The notes: generated from the letters alone by a model not told the origin. A stretch of DNA of 63,790 bases, filler included, from a bacterium (GCA_030615855.1; 6 parts of 6 records of this genome joined end to end with filler, not necessarily neighbours in it); one strand, 5' to 3'; numbered from the whole stretch's first letter, positions 1 through 9,924 are shown. Program-made: numbers and translations.

Positions 1-378
1 CCTTCCACCCCGGCAGTAGGAGTTGCCTTGGGTACGGATAGATTAATCCTGACCTTAGAAAGAGAAGGGGTTAGGCTCCCGGTTGAAGAGGGTGTAGATA
101 TCTATCTTGCTTCTCTAGGTGAGAAGGCAAGTAAGAAAGGCTTTGCCTTAGTCCAGAGATTGAGAGAGAAGAATCTAAAGGTAGAAGGAAGCTTATCTTC
201 CAAAAGTCTCAAAAGTCAGCTGAGATTAGCAAATAGATTAGGGGCGAGATACGTCCTTATCCTGGGGGAGGAAGAACTCGCCAAGAAGAGAGCCATACTT
301 AAGGAAATGACTACGGGCAAGCAGGAAGAAATAGCCTTAAAGAGAATAGTAGAAGAGATAAGCAGGAAAGTAGGATAG
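1..378 (+). CDS. hisS: Histidyl-tRNA synthetase, 3' end (partial)
   Basis: PAVGVALGTDRL motif 3 plus class IIa anticodon-binding domain (SLKSQLRLANRLGARYVLILGEEE); upstream of aspS. Confidence 0.9.
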   Translation, partial: PSTPAVGVALGTDRLILTLEREGVRLPVEEGVDIYLASLGEKASKKGFALVQRLREKNLKVEGSLSSKSLKSQLRLANRLGARYVLILGEEELAKKRAILKEMTTGKQEEIALKRIVEEISRKVG

Positions 379-539
379 TAGAAGAGTAGAAAAGTAAAGA
401 AATCAATGCAAAATGTAAAATGCAAAATTAACAATGCAAAACTGAAGTAGGGGAGTAGGTAATCGGGTTATTCGAAAAGCAAAAGACATTGTTATCTGTT
501 CAATGTTCATTGTAAACTTCTGAACGAAGTGAGGGGGAA

Positions 540-1085
540 ATGACTAAGTTATCGAAGTATCAGAAGGTAGGAATCTTTGTCGATGTCCAGAATATGTTCT
601 ACTCAGCAAAGCATCAGTATGGAGCGAAGTTAAACTTCGCAAAACTTTTAGAGTTTGCAGTCAAGGGAAGAAGACTCATAAGAGCCATTGCCTATATCGT
701 TCAGACCAAGGGCATTGATCAGGCGAAGTTCATCGATATGCTCTCACGCACGGGTTATGAGGTAAAGTCCAAGGAGCTCAAGATTCGCCCAGATGGAACG
801 GCGAAAGGAGACTGGGATATGGGCATCGCCATCGATAGTATATCGTTAGTAGATAGAATAGATACCATGGTCTTGGTCTCTGGGGATGGAGACTTTGTCG
901 ACCTGGTGAATATGCTAAAGGGAAGAGGGGTGAGGGTGGAAGTACTGTCCTTTCCCAAATCAACAGCGGATGAATTAAAGCAAGCCGCCACCCAGTTCTA
1001 TCCCATTGAGTCCCACCTCCTAATTAAAGAACGACGACAGAGTCGCCGAGTAGGAGAGTATAAAAGAAGAAGAGCAGGAAAGTGA
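540..1085 (+). CDS. NYN domain (LabA/DUF88) protein
   Basis: IFVDVQNMFY, KGDWDMGIAID, LVSGDGDF motifs. Confidence 0.9.
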   Translation: MTKLSKYQKVGIFVDVQNMFYSAKHQYGAKLNFAKLLEFAVKGRRLIRAIAYIVQTKGIDQAKFIDMLSRTGYEVKSKELKIRPDGTAKGDWDMGIAIDSISLVDRIDTMVLVSGDGDFVDLVNMLKGRGVRVEVLSFPKSTADELKQAATQFYPIESHLLIKERRQSRRVGEYKRRRAGK

Positions 1086-1181
1086 GAGAGCGACCAAGCT
1101 ATCGAGCTATCAAGCAATCGAGAACAAGAATCCAGTATCTGTGCTAATCCGTAAAAAATCTGTGATAATCTGTGGTGAAGA

Positions 1182-2927
1182 ATGATGAGAACCCATTCCT
1201 GTGGAGAGTTAAAGAAGAAGGATATGGGCAAAGAAGTTACTCTTTGTGGCTGGGTGCAGAAGCGTAGGGACCACGGAGGGCTCATCTTCATCGATCTCAG
1301 GGATAGGGAAGGAATTACCCAGGTGGTCTTCAATCCCAAAGTATCCAAAGAATCACATAGGAAGGCCCATGAATTAAGAGGCGAATATGTCTTAAGTGTT
1401 AAAGGGAAGGTCTCTAAGAGACCCAAAGGAACAGAGAACAAGAGCCTTCCCACCGGCCAGATTGAGGTTCTGGCCTCAAAACTAAACATCCTGAATAAGT
1501 CCCAGACCCCGCCCTTCGAGGTTGCTGATAGTGTAAGAGCCTTAGAGGACTTGAGGTTAAAGTATAGATATTTAGATCTACGCAGAAGACCTATGCAGAA
1601 AAATATCATATTGAGACACAGGGTAGCGAAGGACATAAGGGACTTCTTAGATAGCAAGGGCTTTATAGAGATTGAGACTCCCATCCTGACCAAGAGCACC
1701 CCAGAAGGGGCCCGGGACTATCTGGTTCCTTCCAGAGTAAACCCAGGAAGATTCTTCGCCCTTCCCCAGTCTCCTCAGTTATTTAAGCAGATGCTTATGG
1801 TCGCCGGCTTTGACAAATACTTCCAGATTGCCAAATGTTTTCGGGACGAGGACTTGAGAGCCGATAGACAGCCAGAACATACCCAGATAGACCTTGAGGC
1901 CTCCTTTGTAGAACAAGAGGACATCTACGCTTTAATAGAAGAGATGATGCATTATCTCTTTAAGGCCACCCTAGGAGTCAAAATAAAGAGGCCCTTTCCC
2001 GTTATTACCTATCAGGAGGCGATGAATAAATTCGGTTCGGATAAGCCCGACACTAGATTCAGCCTGGAACTCATTGATGTTACCAAGGTTGGGAAAAAAT
2101 CGGACTTTAGAATATTCAAGGAAGCAGAATCCATTAAGGGAATAAGGGTTCCCAAAGGAGAGAAGTTAAGCCTCAGGGAGATAAAAGCACTCACCGAAAT
2201 TGCCACACTCTATGGCGCCCAAGGCCTTGCTTGGCTTAAATTGACAAAGGAAGGCCTGAAGAGCCCTATCGCCAAGTTCTTCAGTGAGAAGGAAAGGAAT
2301 AATCTGATTAGAGAAATGAAAGCAAAAGAAGGGGACTTACTACTATTTGTTGCTGATAAGAAAGAGATAGTTCACGAGACCTTAGGCCAGGTTCGCTTAG
2401 CCCTGGGCAAAAAACCTTCGTTCATTAATAAAAAGGAGCATAACTTCCTCTGGGTAATTGATTTTCCTTTAGTAGAGTTTGATGAGGAAGAGAAGAGGTT
2501 CAAAGCCATGCACCATCCTTTCTGCATGCCCCAAGAAGAGGACCTGGCGCTTCTGGAAAAGGAACCTCTAAAGGTGAGATCCAAGACCTATGATCTGGTC
2601 CTCAACGGGGTGGAGCTTGGGACGGGAAGCATCAGAATCCATGACAGTAACCTTCAGAAGAGGATTTTTCAGCTCCTGGGGATTGGCGAAAAGGAGATAT
2701 TTTCTAAGTTTGGTTTCTTCCTGGAGGCCCTGGAGTATGGGGCCCCTCCCCATGGGGGGATTGCTTTAGGCTTGGATAGGTTGGTGATGATCATGGCGGG
2801 CAGGGAGACAATAAGGGATGTCATCGCCTTTCCCAAGACCCAGAGAGCAACCTCTCTCTTAACCGGATCTCCCTCTTCTGTTACTGAGGAGCAACTTAAA
2901 GAACTACAGTTAAAAATTGAGAGATAA
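1182..2927 (+). CDS. aspS: Aspartyl-tRNA synthetase
   Basis: MRTHSCGEL, RRDHGGLIFIDLRD, ALPQSPQLFKQ, GAPPHGGIALGLDR. Confidence 0.98.
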   Translation: MMRTHSCGELKKKDMGKEVTLCGWVQKRRDHGGLIFIDLRDREGITQVVFNPKVSKESHRKAHELRGEYVLSVKGKVSKRPKGTENKSLPTGQIEVLASKLNILNKSQTPPFEVADSVRALEDLRLKYRYLDLRRRPMQKNIILRHRVAKDIRDFLDSKGFIEIETPILTKSTPEGARDYLVPSRVNPGRFFALPQSPQLFKQMLMVAGFDKYFQIAKCFRDEDLRADRQPEHTQIDLEASFVEQEDIYALIEEMMHYLFKATLGVKIKRPFPVITYQEAMNKFGSDKPDTRFSLELIDVTKVGKKSDFRIFKEAESIKGIRVPKGEKLSLREIKALTEIATLYGAQGLAWLKLTKEGLKSPIAKFFSEKERNNLIREMKAKEGDLLLFVADKKEIVHETLGQVRLALGKKPSFINKKEHNFLWVIDFPLVEFDEEEKRFKAMHHPFCMPQEEDLALLEKEPLKVRSKTYDLVLNGVELGTGSIRIHDSNLQKRIFQLLGIGEKEIFSKFGFFLEALEYGAPPHGGIALGLDRLVMIMAGRETIRDVIAFPKTQRATSLLTGSPSSVTEEQLKELQLKIER

Positions 2928-3379
2928 TGGAGGTGAAGGAGATGCTTTCTTTTAAAGCAAAAGGGATTTTGGTCATTGCTTTGGGATTAGCGGTATTTAT
3001 GGCATGTGCCCCCAGAGAAGAAGTGAAGGGAGAGCCTGCTCCGGCAACGGAGAGGCCCGAATTGAAAGTAGCTAAGATTACTTTAACTACGGGCGTGGAG
3101 AGTCGCCAGCCTATTGACTCGGCTATTGTTTTCCCTAATTCTGTAGGACGGGTTTATTGCTGGACTCTCATTCTGGGAGCAAAGAAACCTACAATAATAA
3201 AACATATCTGGTGCTATGAAAAGAAAAAGATGGCTGAGGTTTCTTTAAAAGTGAATTCTCCACAATATAGAACTTGGAGCTGTAAAACCATTCTCCCTCA
3301 ATGGAAGGGCGATTGGCGAGTATGGATTGTTGATAATCAGGGCAATCTCTTAGGGACCGCTTCCTTTAAGATTGAGTAA
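2927..3379 (+). CDS. DUF2914-like lipoprotein
   Basis: lipobox-like FMAC; VYCWT...HIW...YRTWSCKTI...GDWRV pattern. Confidence 0.7.
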   Translation: MEVKEMLSFKAKGILVIALGLAVFMACAPREEVKGEPAPATERPELKVAKITLTTGVESRQPIDSAIVFPNSVGRVYCWTLILGAKKPTIIKHIWCYEKKKMAEVSLKVNSPQYRTWSCKTILPQWKGDWRVWIVDNQGNLLGTASFKIE

Positions 3380-3469
3380 AGATTTTTGAAAAAGTCAGAA
3401 ATCTTCAAGAGGGCTCTGAAGATTTTTTCAAAAACCTCAAGTAAAGGTTTTGTCGATATTGGAGGAAAG

Positions 3470-4156
3470 ATGAGAATCGTTTACGCTTTGTTCTTAACCT
3501 GGATATTATTGGCAGGCTGCGGGCCGAAGAGGCCCTTACAGGAGATTGTGGATGCCAAGATCGCCATTCAACAGGCGAAAGAGGCGGGAGCTGAAAAATA
3601 CGCCTCTCAGAGACTGAGGAGCGCCCAGGATTACCTCATCCGTGCCTCAGGGACGAAGAGAAAGAAGGAGACGAGGGAACTGGCCCAAGAGGCAGAGGTG
3701 GATGCCCGGATAGCAGAGTCTATGGCTAAAAGAGTAAAGGAAGAAGAGAAAAAGAGGGTGGAAGAGGCCGAGAAGAGGAAAAAACTTCTCTATCGGGAAG
3801 CAGAGAGAGCAATCGCCAGGGCTCAGGAAGCGATCAGTAAAGCAGAGAAGGAGAATAAGGAGGTTGGAGCAGTAAAGAATAAATTAGAAAAAGCAAAGAA
3901 GGCCCTCCAAAAAGAGAGATTCAAAGAAGCGAAGAAGATTGCTCAAGAGGCAAAGGAATTGGCCTTGAAAGCAGGAGTAAAACTATCTGAATACCGTGAA
4001 GTAAAGAAGGGTGAGACACTGAAAATTATTGCTCACGAAGTCTACGGAGATCCAGAGAAGTGGCTCCTGATCTATAGAGCGAATAAGAATAAGATCAAGA
4101 ATGCCAATATCATCTATCCTGGTCAAATACTGCGCATTCCCAGGGACAAAAAATGA
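3470..4156 (+). CDS. Lipoprotein with DUF4398-like coiled coil and C-terminal LysM domain
   Basis: GGAGG before ATG 3470; LAGC lipobox; VKKGETLKIIAHEVYGDPEKWLLIYRAN...IYPGQILRIP. Confidence 0.85.
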   Translation: MRIVYALFLTWILLAGCGPKRPLQEIVDAKIAIQQAKEAGAEKYASQRLRSAQDYLIRASGTKRKKETRELAQEAEVDARIAESMAKRVKEEEKKRVEEAEKRKKLLYREAERAIARAQEAISKAEKENKEVGAVKNKLEKAKKALQKERFKEAKKIAQEAKELALKAGVKLSEYREVKKGETLKIIAHEVYGDPEKWLLIYRANKNKIKNANIIYPGQILRIPRDKK

Positions 4157-4297
4157 ATCCCGCACCTTTTATCGTATTTTGTACTTATCTTTTAAAAAGC
4201 AAAAGAAAAAGCCTTGTGAACCCCACACCTTCCTTGCACGCGGTTGGGATTTGGGGAGAAGAAGGAGCTGTGAATCATAAAAAAGGTGCGGGATGAA
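4153..4297. mobile_element. Miniature inverted-repeat element flanked by ATGAA direct repeats
   Basis: ATCCCGCACCTTTT (4157-4170) / AAAAGGTGCGGGAT (4281-4294) perfect 14-bp IR; ATGAA at 4153 and 4293. Confidence 0.65.
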
Positions 4298-6497
4298 AGA
4301 GAATAGAAAAAACCAGCCCTCAAGATGGTTGCTTGCTTCTGGACTATTCCTCATCCTGGTCCTCATCTCTTCACCCATCTTTACTATCCCCAGGCCAAAG
4401 CTGAAGGTAGGGGATATCGTTGCTCAGGATATAAAGGCCCCCCAGGATCTGGAAATTATTGATACCGCAGAAACCCTGAAGAGGCAGGAGGCAGCGGCGA
4501 GTAAGGTAAGGCCGGTCTACGACTTTAATACCAGACTGATTGAGGAACCGGAAAGTAAAGTGAGCCTCATCTTTGAAGGGACAAAGAGGGTAAAGGGGGA
4601 GGAACTATCCCAGGAAGAGAAGTTAGCTCTTTTGAACGAGGAACTGGACATTGAACTTTCTGAGAAGACACGCATCACCTTATTAAGTTACTCTAAACCA
4701 GATAGACTGGAAAACCAGATAAAGGCCCTCCTCCAGACCATAATGCAGGAGAAGATCGTTAATGATCCTAAGCTTTTAGCCACCAAGATTAAAGGGGGAA
4801 TTAAAGTAAAAAAAAGCGATGGGAAAGAAAGCCTTTTATTGAAGAAGGAAGGAATATATACCCTGCCTGAGGCAAAGAGGCTACTGGAGACCAATTGTCG
4901 AGAATTATTCCCTGATAATCGATTTCTGCGTCAGGCAAGTTATGAGATAGTAGATAAGCTTCTTATCCCGAATTTCAGATACAATGATAAGGAGACCAGG
5001 GAGAATCAGAAGAAGGCGCGGGAAGAGGCGGGACAAAAAATCTTCTTAATTAAGAAAGGACAGAAGATCGTTGAAGAAGGATATCCAGTTACTAGAGACC
5101 AATTGGTAATCCTTGAGACCCTATGGCAAACAACTACCAAGAGAGTCTTTCCCATCATTATGGGAAGAGCCTTGATTATTCTTGTTCTTATGATGGGAAT
5201 AGGTTTCTACCTTCATCGCTACCAGACCTGGGTTCTGAAGGATAATACCCTTCTCTCTGTTCTGGGGCTCATCGTTATCCTCATGCTCCTCTTGACCAAG
5301 GGCTTAACCTTTACGGACTTAAGTGGCTACTTTATTCCGCTGGCCTTTGCTACCATATTGATTGCCGTCATCCTTGGTGGGAGATTGGCCATAATGACCG
5401 GGGTTGCTCTGGCCATCCTGGTTGGCCTCCTCACGGGGAATAGGCTTCCCTTTGCTATTGTGGCCCTGGCAGGAGGAGTAACTGGGGCCTACTCTGTACG
5501 CTGGTTGAAGCATAGAACCGATTTCTTAAGAGCAGGAGCTTCAATCGCTTTGACTAACTGCCTGCTCATCCTGGCCTTTATTCTCCTTGGCATAGAGCCG
5601 GAGACTAAGAGTCTTTGGTGGGGGCTGGGCAATGGGTTTACCTCTTGCCTTCTCGCTTTTGCTCTTCTTCCGGCATTTGAACATGGCTTCAAAGTCACTA
5701 CAGATATAAGATTACTCGAACTCTCTAATCTCAATCAACCAATCCTGAAAAGATTGGCCATTCAGGCTCCCGGGACTTACCACCATTCCATTATTGTAGG
5801 AAACCTGGCGGAGAGGGCAGCCGAGGCCGTAGGTGCCAATCCCCTCTTAGCAAGGGTCACTTCCTATTACCACGATATCGGAAAGATTAAGAATAGCGAT
5901 TACTTTATTGAGAATCGGATTGGCCCTTCTGTAGGATATGAGAAATTGGTGCCTAGATTGAGCTCTCAGATCATCATCTCCCATGTCAAGGAAGGGGTGG
6001 AGATTGCTCAAGAAGAGAGATTGCCCCCCAGGATTATAAACGTCATCACCCAGCACCATGGAACGGGCCTCATCGCCCAGTTCTATCGGAAAGCACTGAA
6101 GGTAGAGAAAGAAGGCGTAGAGGAAGAGGACTATCGCTATCCTGGCCCCAGGCCAAGAAGCAAGGAAGCAGCCATCGTCATGCTTGCAGATAGTGTGGAA
6201 GCTGCCTCGCGCACCCTCACCAAGCCTTCTCCAGAAGAAATTGGGGACCTGGTGAGAGAAATCATCAATGAAAAGTTCACCGATTCTCAGCTCGATGAAT
6301 CCCCTCTGACACTAAGCGATTTAAAGAAGATTGTGGAGATTTTTACCCACACGTTGAGCGGAATAACCCATGGGAGGATCGACTACCCCCTGACAAAGAG
6401 GATTAAGAAAAGATATGGAGATACTGGTAAAGAGTCTAGTAAAAGAAAAAGGCTTCAGGCTCTCTTTAGCAAGAAAGGTGGCCAGAAAAACACTTGA
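4293..6497 (+). CDS. 7TM-HD (PgpH-like) membrane HD phosphohydrolase
   Basis: extracellular domain, multiple TM helices, APGTYHHS, YYHDIGK, QHHGT, MLADSVEAA; upstream of ybeY. Confidence 0.92.
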   Translation: MKENRKNQPSRWLLASGLFLILVLISSPIFTIPRPKLKVGDIVAQDIKAPQDLEIIDTAETLKRQEAAASKVRPVYDFNTRLIEEPESKVSLIFEGTKRVKGEELSQEEKLALLNEELDIELSEKTRITLLSYSKPDRLENQIKALLQTIMQEKIVNDPKLLATKIKGGIKVKKSDGKESLLLKKEGIYTLPEAKRLLETNCRELFPDNRFLRQASYEIVDKLLIPNFRYNDKETRENQKKAREEAGQKIFLIKKGQKIVEEGYPVTRDQLVILETLWQTTTKRVFPIIMGRALIILVLMMGIGFYLHRYQTWVLKDNTLLSVLGLIVILMLLLTKGLTFTDLSGYFIPLAFATILIAVILGGRLAIMTGVALAILVGLLTGNRLPFAIVALAGGVTGAYSVRWLKHRTDFLRAGASIALTNCLLILAFILLGIEPETKSLWWGLGNGFTSCLLAFALLPAFEHGFKVTTDIRLLELSNLNQPILKRLAIQAPGTYHHSIIVGNLAERAAEAVGANPLLARVTSYYHDIGKIKNSDYFIENRIGPSVGYEKLVPRLSSQIIISHVKEGVEIAQEERLPPRIINVITQHHGTGLIAQFYRKALKVEKEGVEEEDYRYPGPRPRSKEAAIVMLADSVEAASRTLTKPSPEEIGDLVREIINEKFTDSQLDESPLTLSDLKKIVEIFTHTLSGITHGRIDYPLTKRIKKRYGDTGKESSKRKRLQALFSKKGGQKNT

Positions 6498-6852
6498 GGT
6501 CGAGAGCTATAAAGAGGCTCAAGTAAGCATCCTATTCTGCGAGGACGCCTATATTAAGAGGTTGAATAGGAAGTATCGGGGGGTGGATGCCCCTACAGAT
6601 GTCTTAGCTTTCTCCATGCACGAGGGTAGATTTCCTAAAGTTCATCCTGAGATCTTAGGGGATGTGGTCATCTCCCTGGAGACCGCTTCTCGCCAGGCAA
6701 AGAGATATAAACACTCCTTAGATAAAGAGATAGCTCTCTTAGTGGTCCACGGTATTCTTCACCTCTTAGACTATGACCATCTGAAGAAAAAAGACAAGGA
6801 AAAGATGCGCAAAAGAGAAAAACAAATCTTAGCAGTAATCGGCGATCTTTAA
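6415..6852 (+). CDS. ybeY: rRNA maturation endoribonuclease YbeY
   Basis: LNRKYRG.DAPTDVLAF, HGILHLLDYDH. Confidence 0.95.
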   Translation: MEILVKSLVKEKGFRLSLARKVARKTLEVESYKEAQVSILFCEDAYIKRLNRKYRGVDAPTDVLAFSMHEGRFPKVHPEILGDVVISLETASRQAKRYKHSLDKEIALLVVHGILHLLDYDHLKKKDKEKMRKREKQILAVIGDL

Positions 6853-6926
6853 AGTAACTAGTAACCAGCGAACAGTAACCAGTTTTTGTTATTACTGTTA
6901 ACTGTAAACTGTTCACTGTAAACTGC
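6853..6926. repeat. Inverted heptamer-repeat arms (CAGTAAC-type / GTTACTG-type)
   Basis: AGTAACT-AGTAACC-AGCGAAC-AGTAACC then TTACTGT-TAACTGT-AAACTGT-TCACTGT; similar at 43122-43172. Confidence 0.75.
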
Positions 6927-6944
6927 CGAACGCAGTGAGGAGAA

Positions 6945-7667
6945 ATGAAGCCCAGAAGTTTTCTGGAAAGTTTTAATAGCGCCGTAGAGGGAATCATCTA
7001 TGTCTTGAAGACCCAGAGGAATATGCGCATTCACTTCATCATCGCCATAATCATCTTAGTGGGTAGCCTCTTCCTCCGTCCCCGCCTCAGCCCCATGGAA
7101 CTCATGATCCTTTCCTTTACCATCGCTTTGGTCCTAATCACCGAGATGGTTAATACTGCCTTAGAGAAGACCATCGATCTTATGAATGATACCTACCACC
7201 CCTTAGCGCGTATCGCAAAGGACATCACTGCGGGGACGGTCTTGATTGTCTCCGTGGTAGCCATCGTGGTGGGATACCTTATCCTCTTCCGACGCTATTT
7301 AGCCCCGGGAATAGAGAGTGCTATGGCAAGCGTCAAGGCCTCCAGTGCTCATATTACCTTTGTCAGCCTTATGGTAGTGGTCTTAGTGGTAATCCTTTTT
7401 AAGGCCCTGGCTGCCAGATCCAGTGGTTTTATGTTAAGCGGGGGGATGCCCTCCCTCCATAGTGCCTTGGCGGGTGCCATCTGGGTAGTCTTATCCCTCA
7501 TTAGCGGCAATCCTATCGTCGTTGTCCTGGCCTTCATCCTGGCCTTCTTCGTTGCTCAATCGAGAATCGCCAAAGGCATCCATTCCTTAAGAGAAGTAGT
7601 CTTTGGTGCCCTTCTTGGAACATTGACCGCTCTCTTAATCTTCCAGCTCTTCAGGAGAATAATTTGA
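6945..7667 (+). CDS. dgkA: Diacylglycerol/undecaprenol kinase fused to PAP2 domain
   Basis: QRNMRIH, EMVNTALEKTID, AKDITAG; GGMPSLHSA and SRIAKGIHSLREV. Confidence 0.9.
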   Translation: MKPRSFLESFNSAVEGIIYVLKTQRNMRIHFIIAIIILVGSLFLRPRLSPMELMILSFTIALVLITEMVNTALEKTIDLMNDTYHPLARIAKDITAGTVLIVSVVAIVVGYLILFRRYLAPGIESAMASVKASSAHITFVSLMVVVLVVILFKALAARSSGFMLSGGMPSLHSALAGAIWVVLSLISGNPIVVVLAFILAFFVAQSRIAKGIHSLREVVFGALLGTLTALLIFQLFRRII

Positions 7668-8929
7668 ATAATTTAATAGGAAAGATAGTTGCTCTCATTC
7701 TCTTACTTGCTTTCTCTGCCTTCTTCTCTGGCTCAGAGACCGCTCTATTCTCTTTAAGTAAACTGCGCATCCGAAGACTGGAAGAGAGGAAGAGGAGGGG
7801 GATTGAGGTGGTGAAGAGGCTCCTGGAAGATCCCCATCGCCTGATAACCACCATCCTCATTGGAAATATGGTAGTCAACATCGCTGCCTCTACAGTAGTA
7901 ACTGCTATTGCGATTACTATGGCAACAAATCATGGTATACCTAATAGTATAGGTGTTGGTATATCTATAGGTGTGATAACCTTCCTCCTTTTGATCTTTG
8001 GCGAAATTACGCCCAAGACCTATGCCGTTCAGAATGCAGAGGCCATCAGCCTCCTGGTTGCCCGACCATTGGAGCTCTTTTCCATCATTATTCTTCCTCT
8101 ACGCCGGACGCTGGAATCGGCGAGCGATCTCTTCCTTCCCCTCTTCAGGAGTAAACACCCCCCTCGGGTCCCTTCGGTGACTGAGGATGAGATAAAGACC
8201 ATGGTTACCGTTGGTGAGAGGGAAGGGGTATTGGGGGGGGAGGAGAGGGAGATGATCCACTCCATCTTCAAGTTTACTGATACCCGGGCCTTTGAGACCA
8301 TGATCCCCCGCACAGATATGGTCTGTCTGGAAGTAGATGCTACGGTGGGAGAGGCCCTGGACCTCATAAGGAAGACCGGCCACTCCCGCATCCCGGTCTA
8401 TCAGGGGAGGGTGGATAATATGGTGGGGATTGTCTATGCCAAGGATATTCTCTCCCACTTCAAAAAGGAGAATTACCAGTTGAGACTCCGGGATTTAGTG
8501 CGTCCTCCTTACTTCATCCCTGAGAGTAAAAGAATTCCCAGCCTCTTAAAGGAGTTTCAGAGAAGAAAAATTCAGATGGCCCTGGTGGTCAATGAGTATG
8601 GAGGGATAGAGGGATTGGTTACCTTAGAGGACCTGGTGGAGGAGATCGTGGGCGAGATCCCTCCTGAGTATCGGAAGGAGGAGAGGCTCATTCAAAGGAT
8701 TGACAGACATACCCTGAGGGTATCCGGTCGCCTGGAGATCGATGAAGCGAATAGGGTGCTCAAGTTAAGGCTCCCGGAGAATGGCTTTGAAACCATCGGG
8801 GGCTTCATCTTCAACCTCATCGGCCGCATCCCTAAAGAGGGGGAAGAGATAAATTATAGGAAACTCTCCTTCATCATTGAGAAGGCTACCCCCAAGAGAA
8901 TCCTCTCTGTGAGGATAAAGAGGAGATAA
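7664..8929 (+). CDS. CNNM/hemolysin-family CBS-CorC protein
   Basis: SAFFSGSETALFSL, FGEITPK, HSRIPVY, TLEDLVEEIVGEI. Confidence 0.93.
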   Translation: MNNLIGKIVALILLLAFSAFFSGSETALFSLSKLRIRRLEERKRRGIEVVKRLLEDPHRLITTILIGNMVVNIAASTVVTAIAITMATNHGIPNSIGVGISIGVITFLLLIFGEITPKTYAVQNAEAISLLVARPLELFSIIILPLRRTLESASDLFLPLFRSKHPPRVPSVTEDEIKTMVTVGEREGVLGGEEREMIHSIFKFTDTRAFETMIPRTDMVCLEVDATVGEALDLIRKTGHSRIPVYQGRVDNMVGIVYAKDILSHFKKENYQLRLRDLVRPPYFIPESKRIPSLLKEFQRRKIQMALVVNEYGGIEGLVTLEDLVEEIVGEIPPEYRKEERLIQRIDRHTLRVSGRLEIDEANRVLKLRLPENGFETIGGFIFNLIGRIPKEGEEINYRKLSFIIEKATPKRILSVRIKRR

Positions 8930-9924
8930 TGATAATCTGGATCATACTGGCCATAGGATTCTGTTTACTGCTTGCTGCTTTCTTCTCTGGCACAGAGACG
9001 GGAATGGTATCTGTGAGTCGTATCCGGGTGAGACATCTTGTGGAGAAGGGATCGAAGCGGGCTCAGATTGTGGAGAACCTTCTCAAGAACCCAGATCGCA
9101 TGTTGGCCGCTACCCTGGTGGGAACAAATATCTCTTTAGTCACGGGAAGCGCTCTGGCCACCCTTCTACTGGCGAGCTATTCTCCAGATAAGGCAGCGCT
9201 TCTGGCTACTCTTATCATGTCTCCCCTGGTCATTATCTTTGCTGAGATTATCCCCAAGACGGTCTATCGCTATCATACAGACTACCTTACTTTCGCTTCA
9301 GCCTATCCTCTCAAGTGGGCCTGTGACATCTTTCGTCCTTTAATCTATTTCTTCACCTTTATTACCAATGGGATCATTCGGTTGTTGAGAGGGAAGAAAA
9401 GAATAAAGAGCCCCTATGTTACCCGGGAAGAATTACAATCTTTGGTGGGGATGGGTAGAAGGGAGGGGGTGCTCGAGACTACAGAGGAGGAACTCATCCA
9501 TCGGGTCTTTGAAATGGAAGAGACTAACATAGATAAGACCATGGTTCCCAGAGAAAAGATAATAGCCGTGAAAGAGGAAACCCCTTTAGAGGAGGTCTTG
9601 AGTCTGGCCATTAAGAAGGGTTTTGTCCGCATCCCGGTCTATAAGAAAGATATAAAACATATTACGGGAATCGTGCATGTCAAGGACCTTCTATCCTATC
9701 CAAAGAGCGAAAGGGAGAAAATGAGGGCAAAGGAGGTCATGCATCCCGCCCACTATAGCTCCTCAGATAAGAAGGTGAGCCAGCTCCTAAATACCCTTCG
9801 TCTGGCAAGAATCCACATGGTCATCGTGGTAGATAAGAGGAAAGAGACTTTAGGGTTGGTTACCATTGAGGACCTCTTAGAGGAGATTGTGGGCGAGATA
9901 GAGGAGGAGTACCGTGTGGTCTAA
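8929..9924 (+). CDS. Second CNNM/hemolysin-family CBS protein
   Basis: AFFSGTETG, FAEIIPK, RIPVY, TIEDLLEEIVGEI; lacks CorC tail. Confidence 0.92.
   Translation: MIIWIILAIGFCLLLAAFFSGTETGMVSVSRIRVRHLVEKGSKRAQIVENLLKNPDRMLAATLVGTNISLVTGSALATLLLASYSPDKAALLATLIMSPLVIIFAEIIPKTVYRYHTDYLTFASAYPLKWACDIFRPLIYFFTFITNGIIRLLRGKKRIKSPYVTREELQSLVGMGRREGVLETTEEELIHRVFEMEETNIDKTMVPREKIIAVKEETPLEEVLSLAIKKGFVRIPVYKKDIKHITGIVHVKDLLSYPKSEREKMRAKEVMHPAHYSSSDKKVSQLLNTLRLARIHMVIVVDKRKETLGLVTIEDLLEEIVGEIEEEYRVV

Noticed and set aside
998-1699. Long minus-strand ORFs (also 60071-60667, 43389-43850 and others)
   Set aside because: Antisense shadows of well-supported + strand genes with no recognisable motifs.
7664-9924. 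Tandem CNNM/CBS paralogs
   Set aside because: A common arrangement in ybeY-dgkA neighbourhoods.
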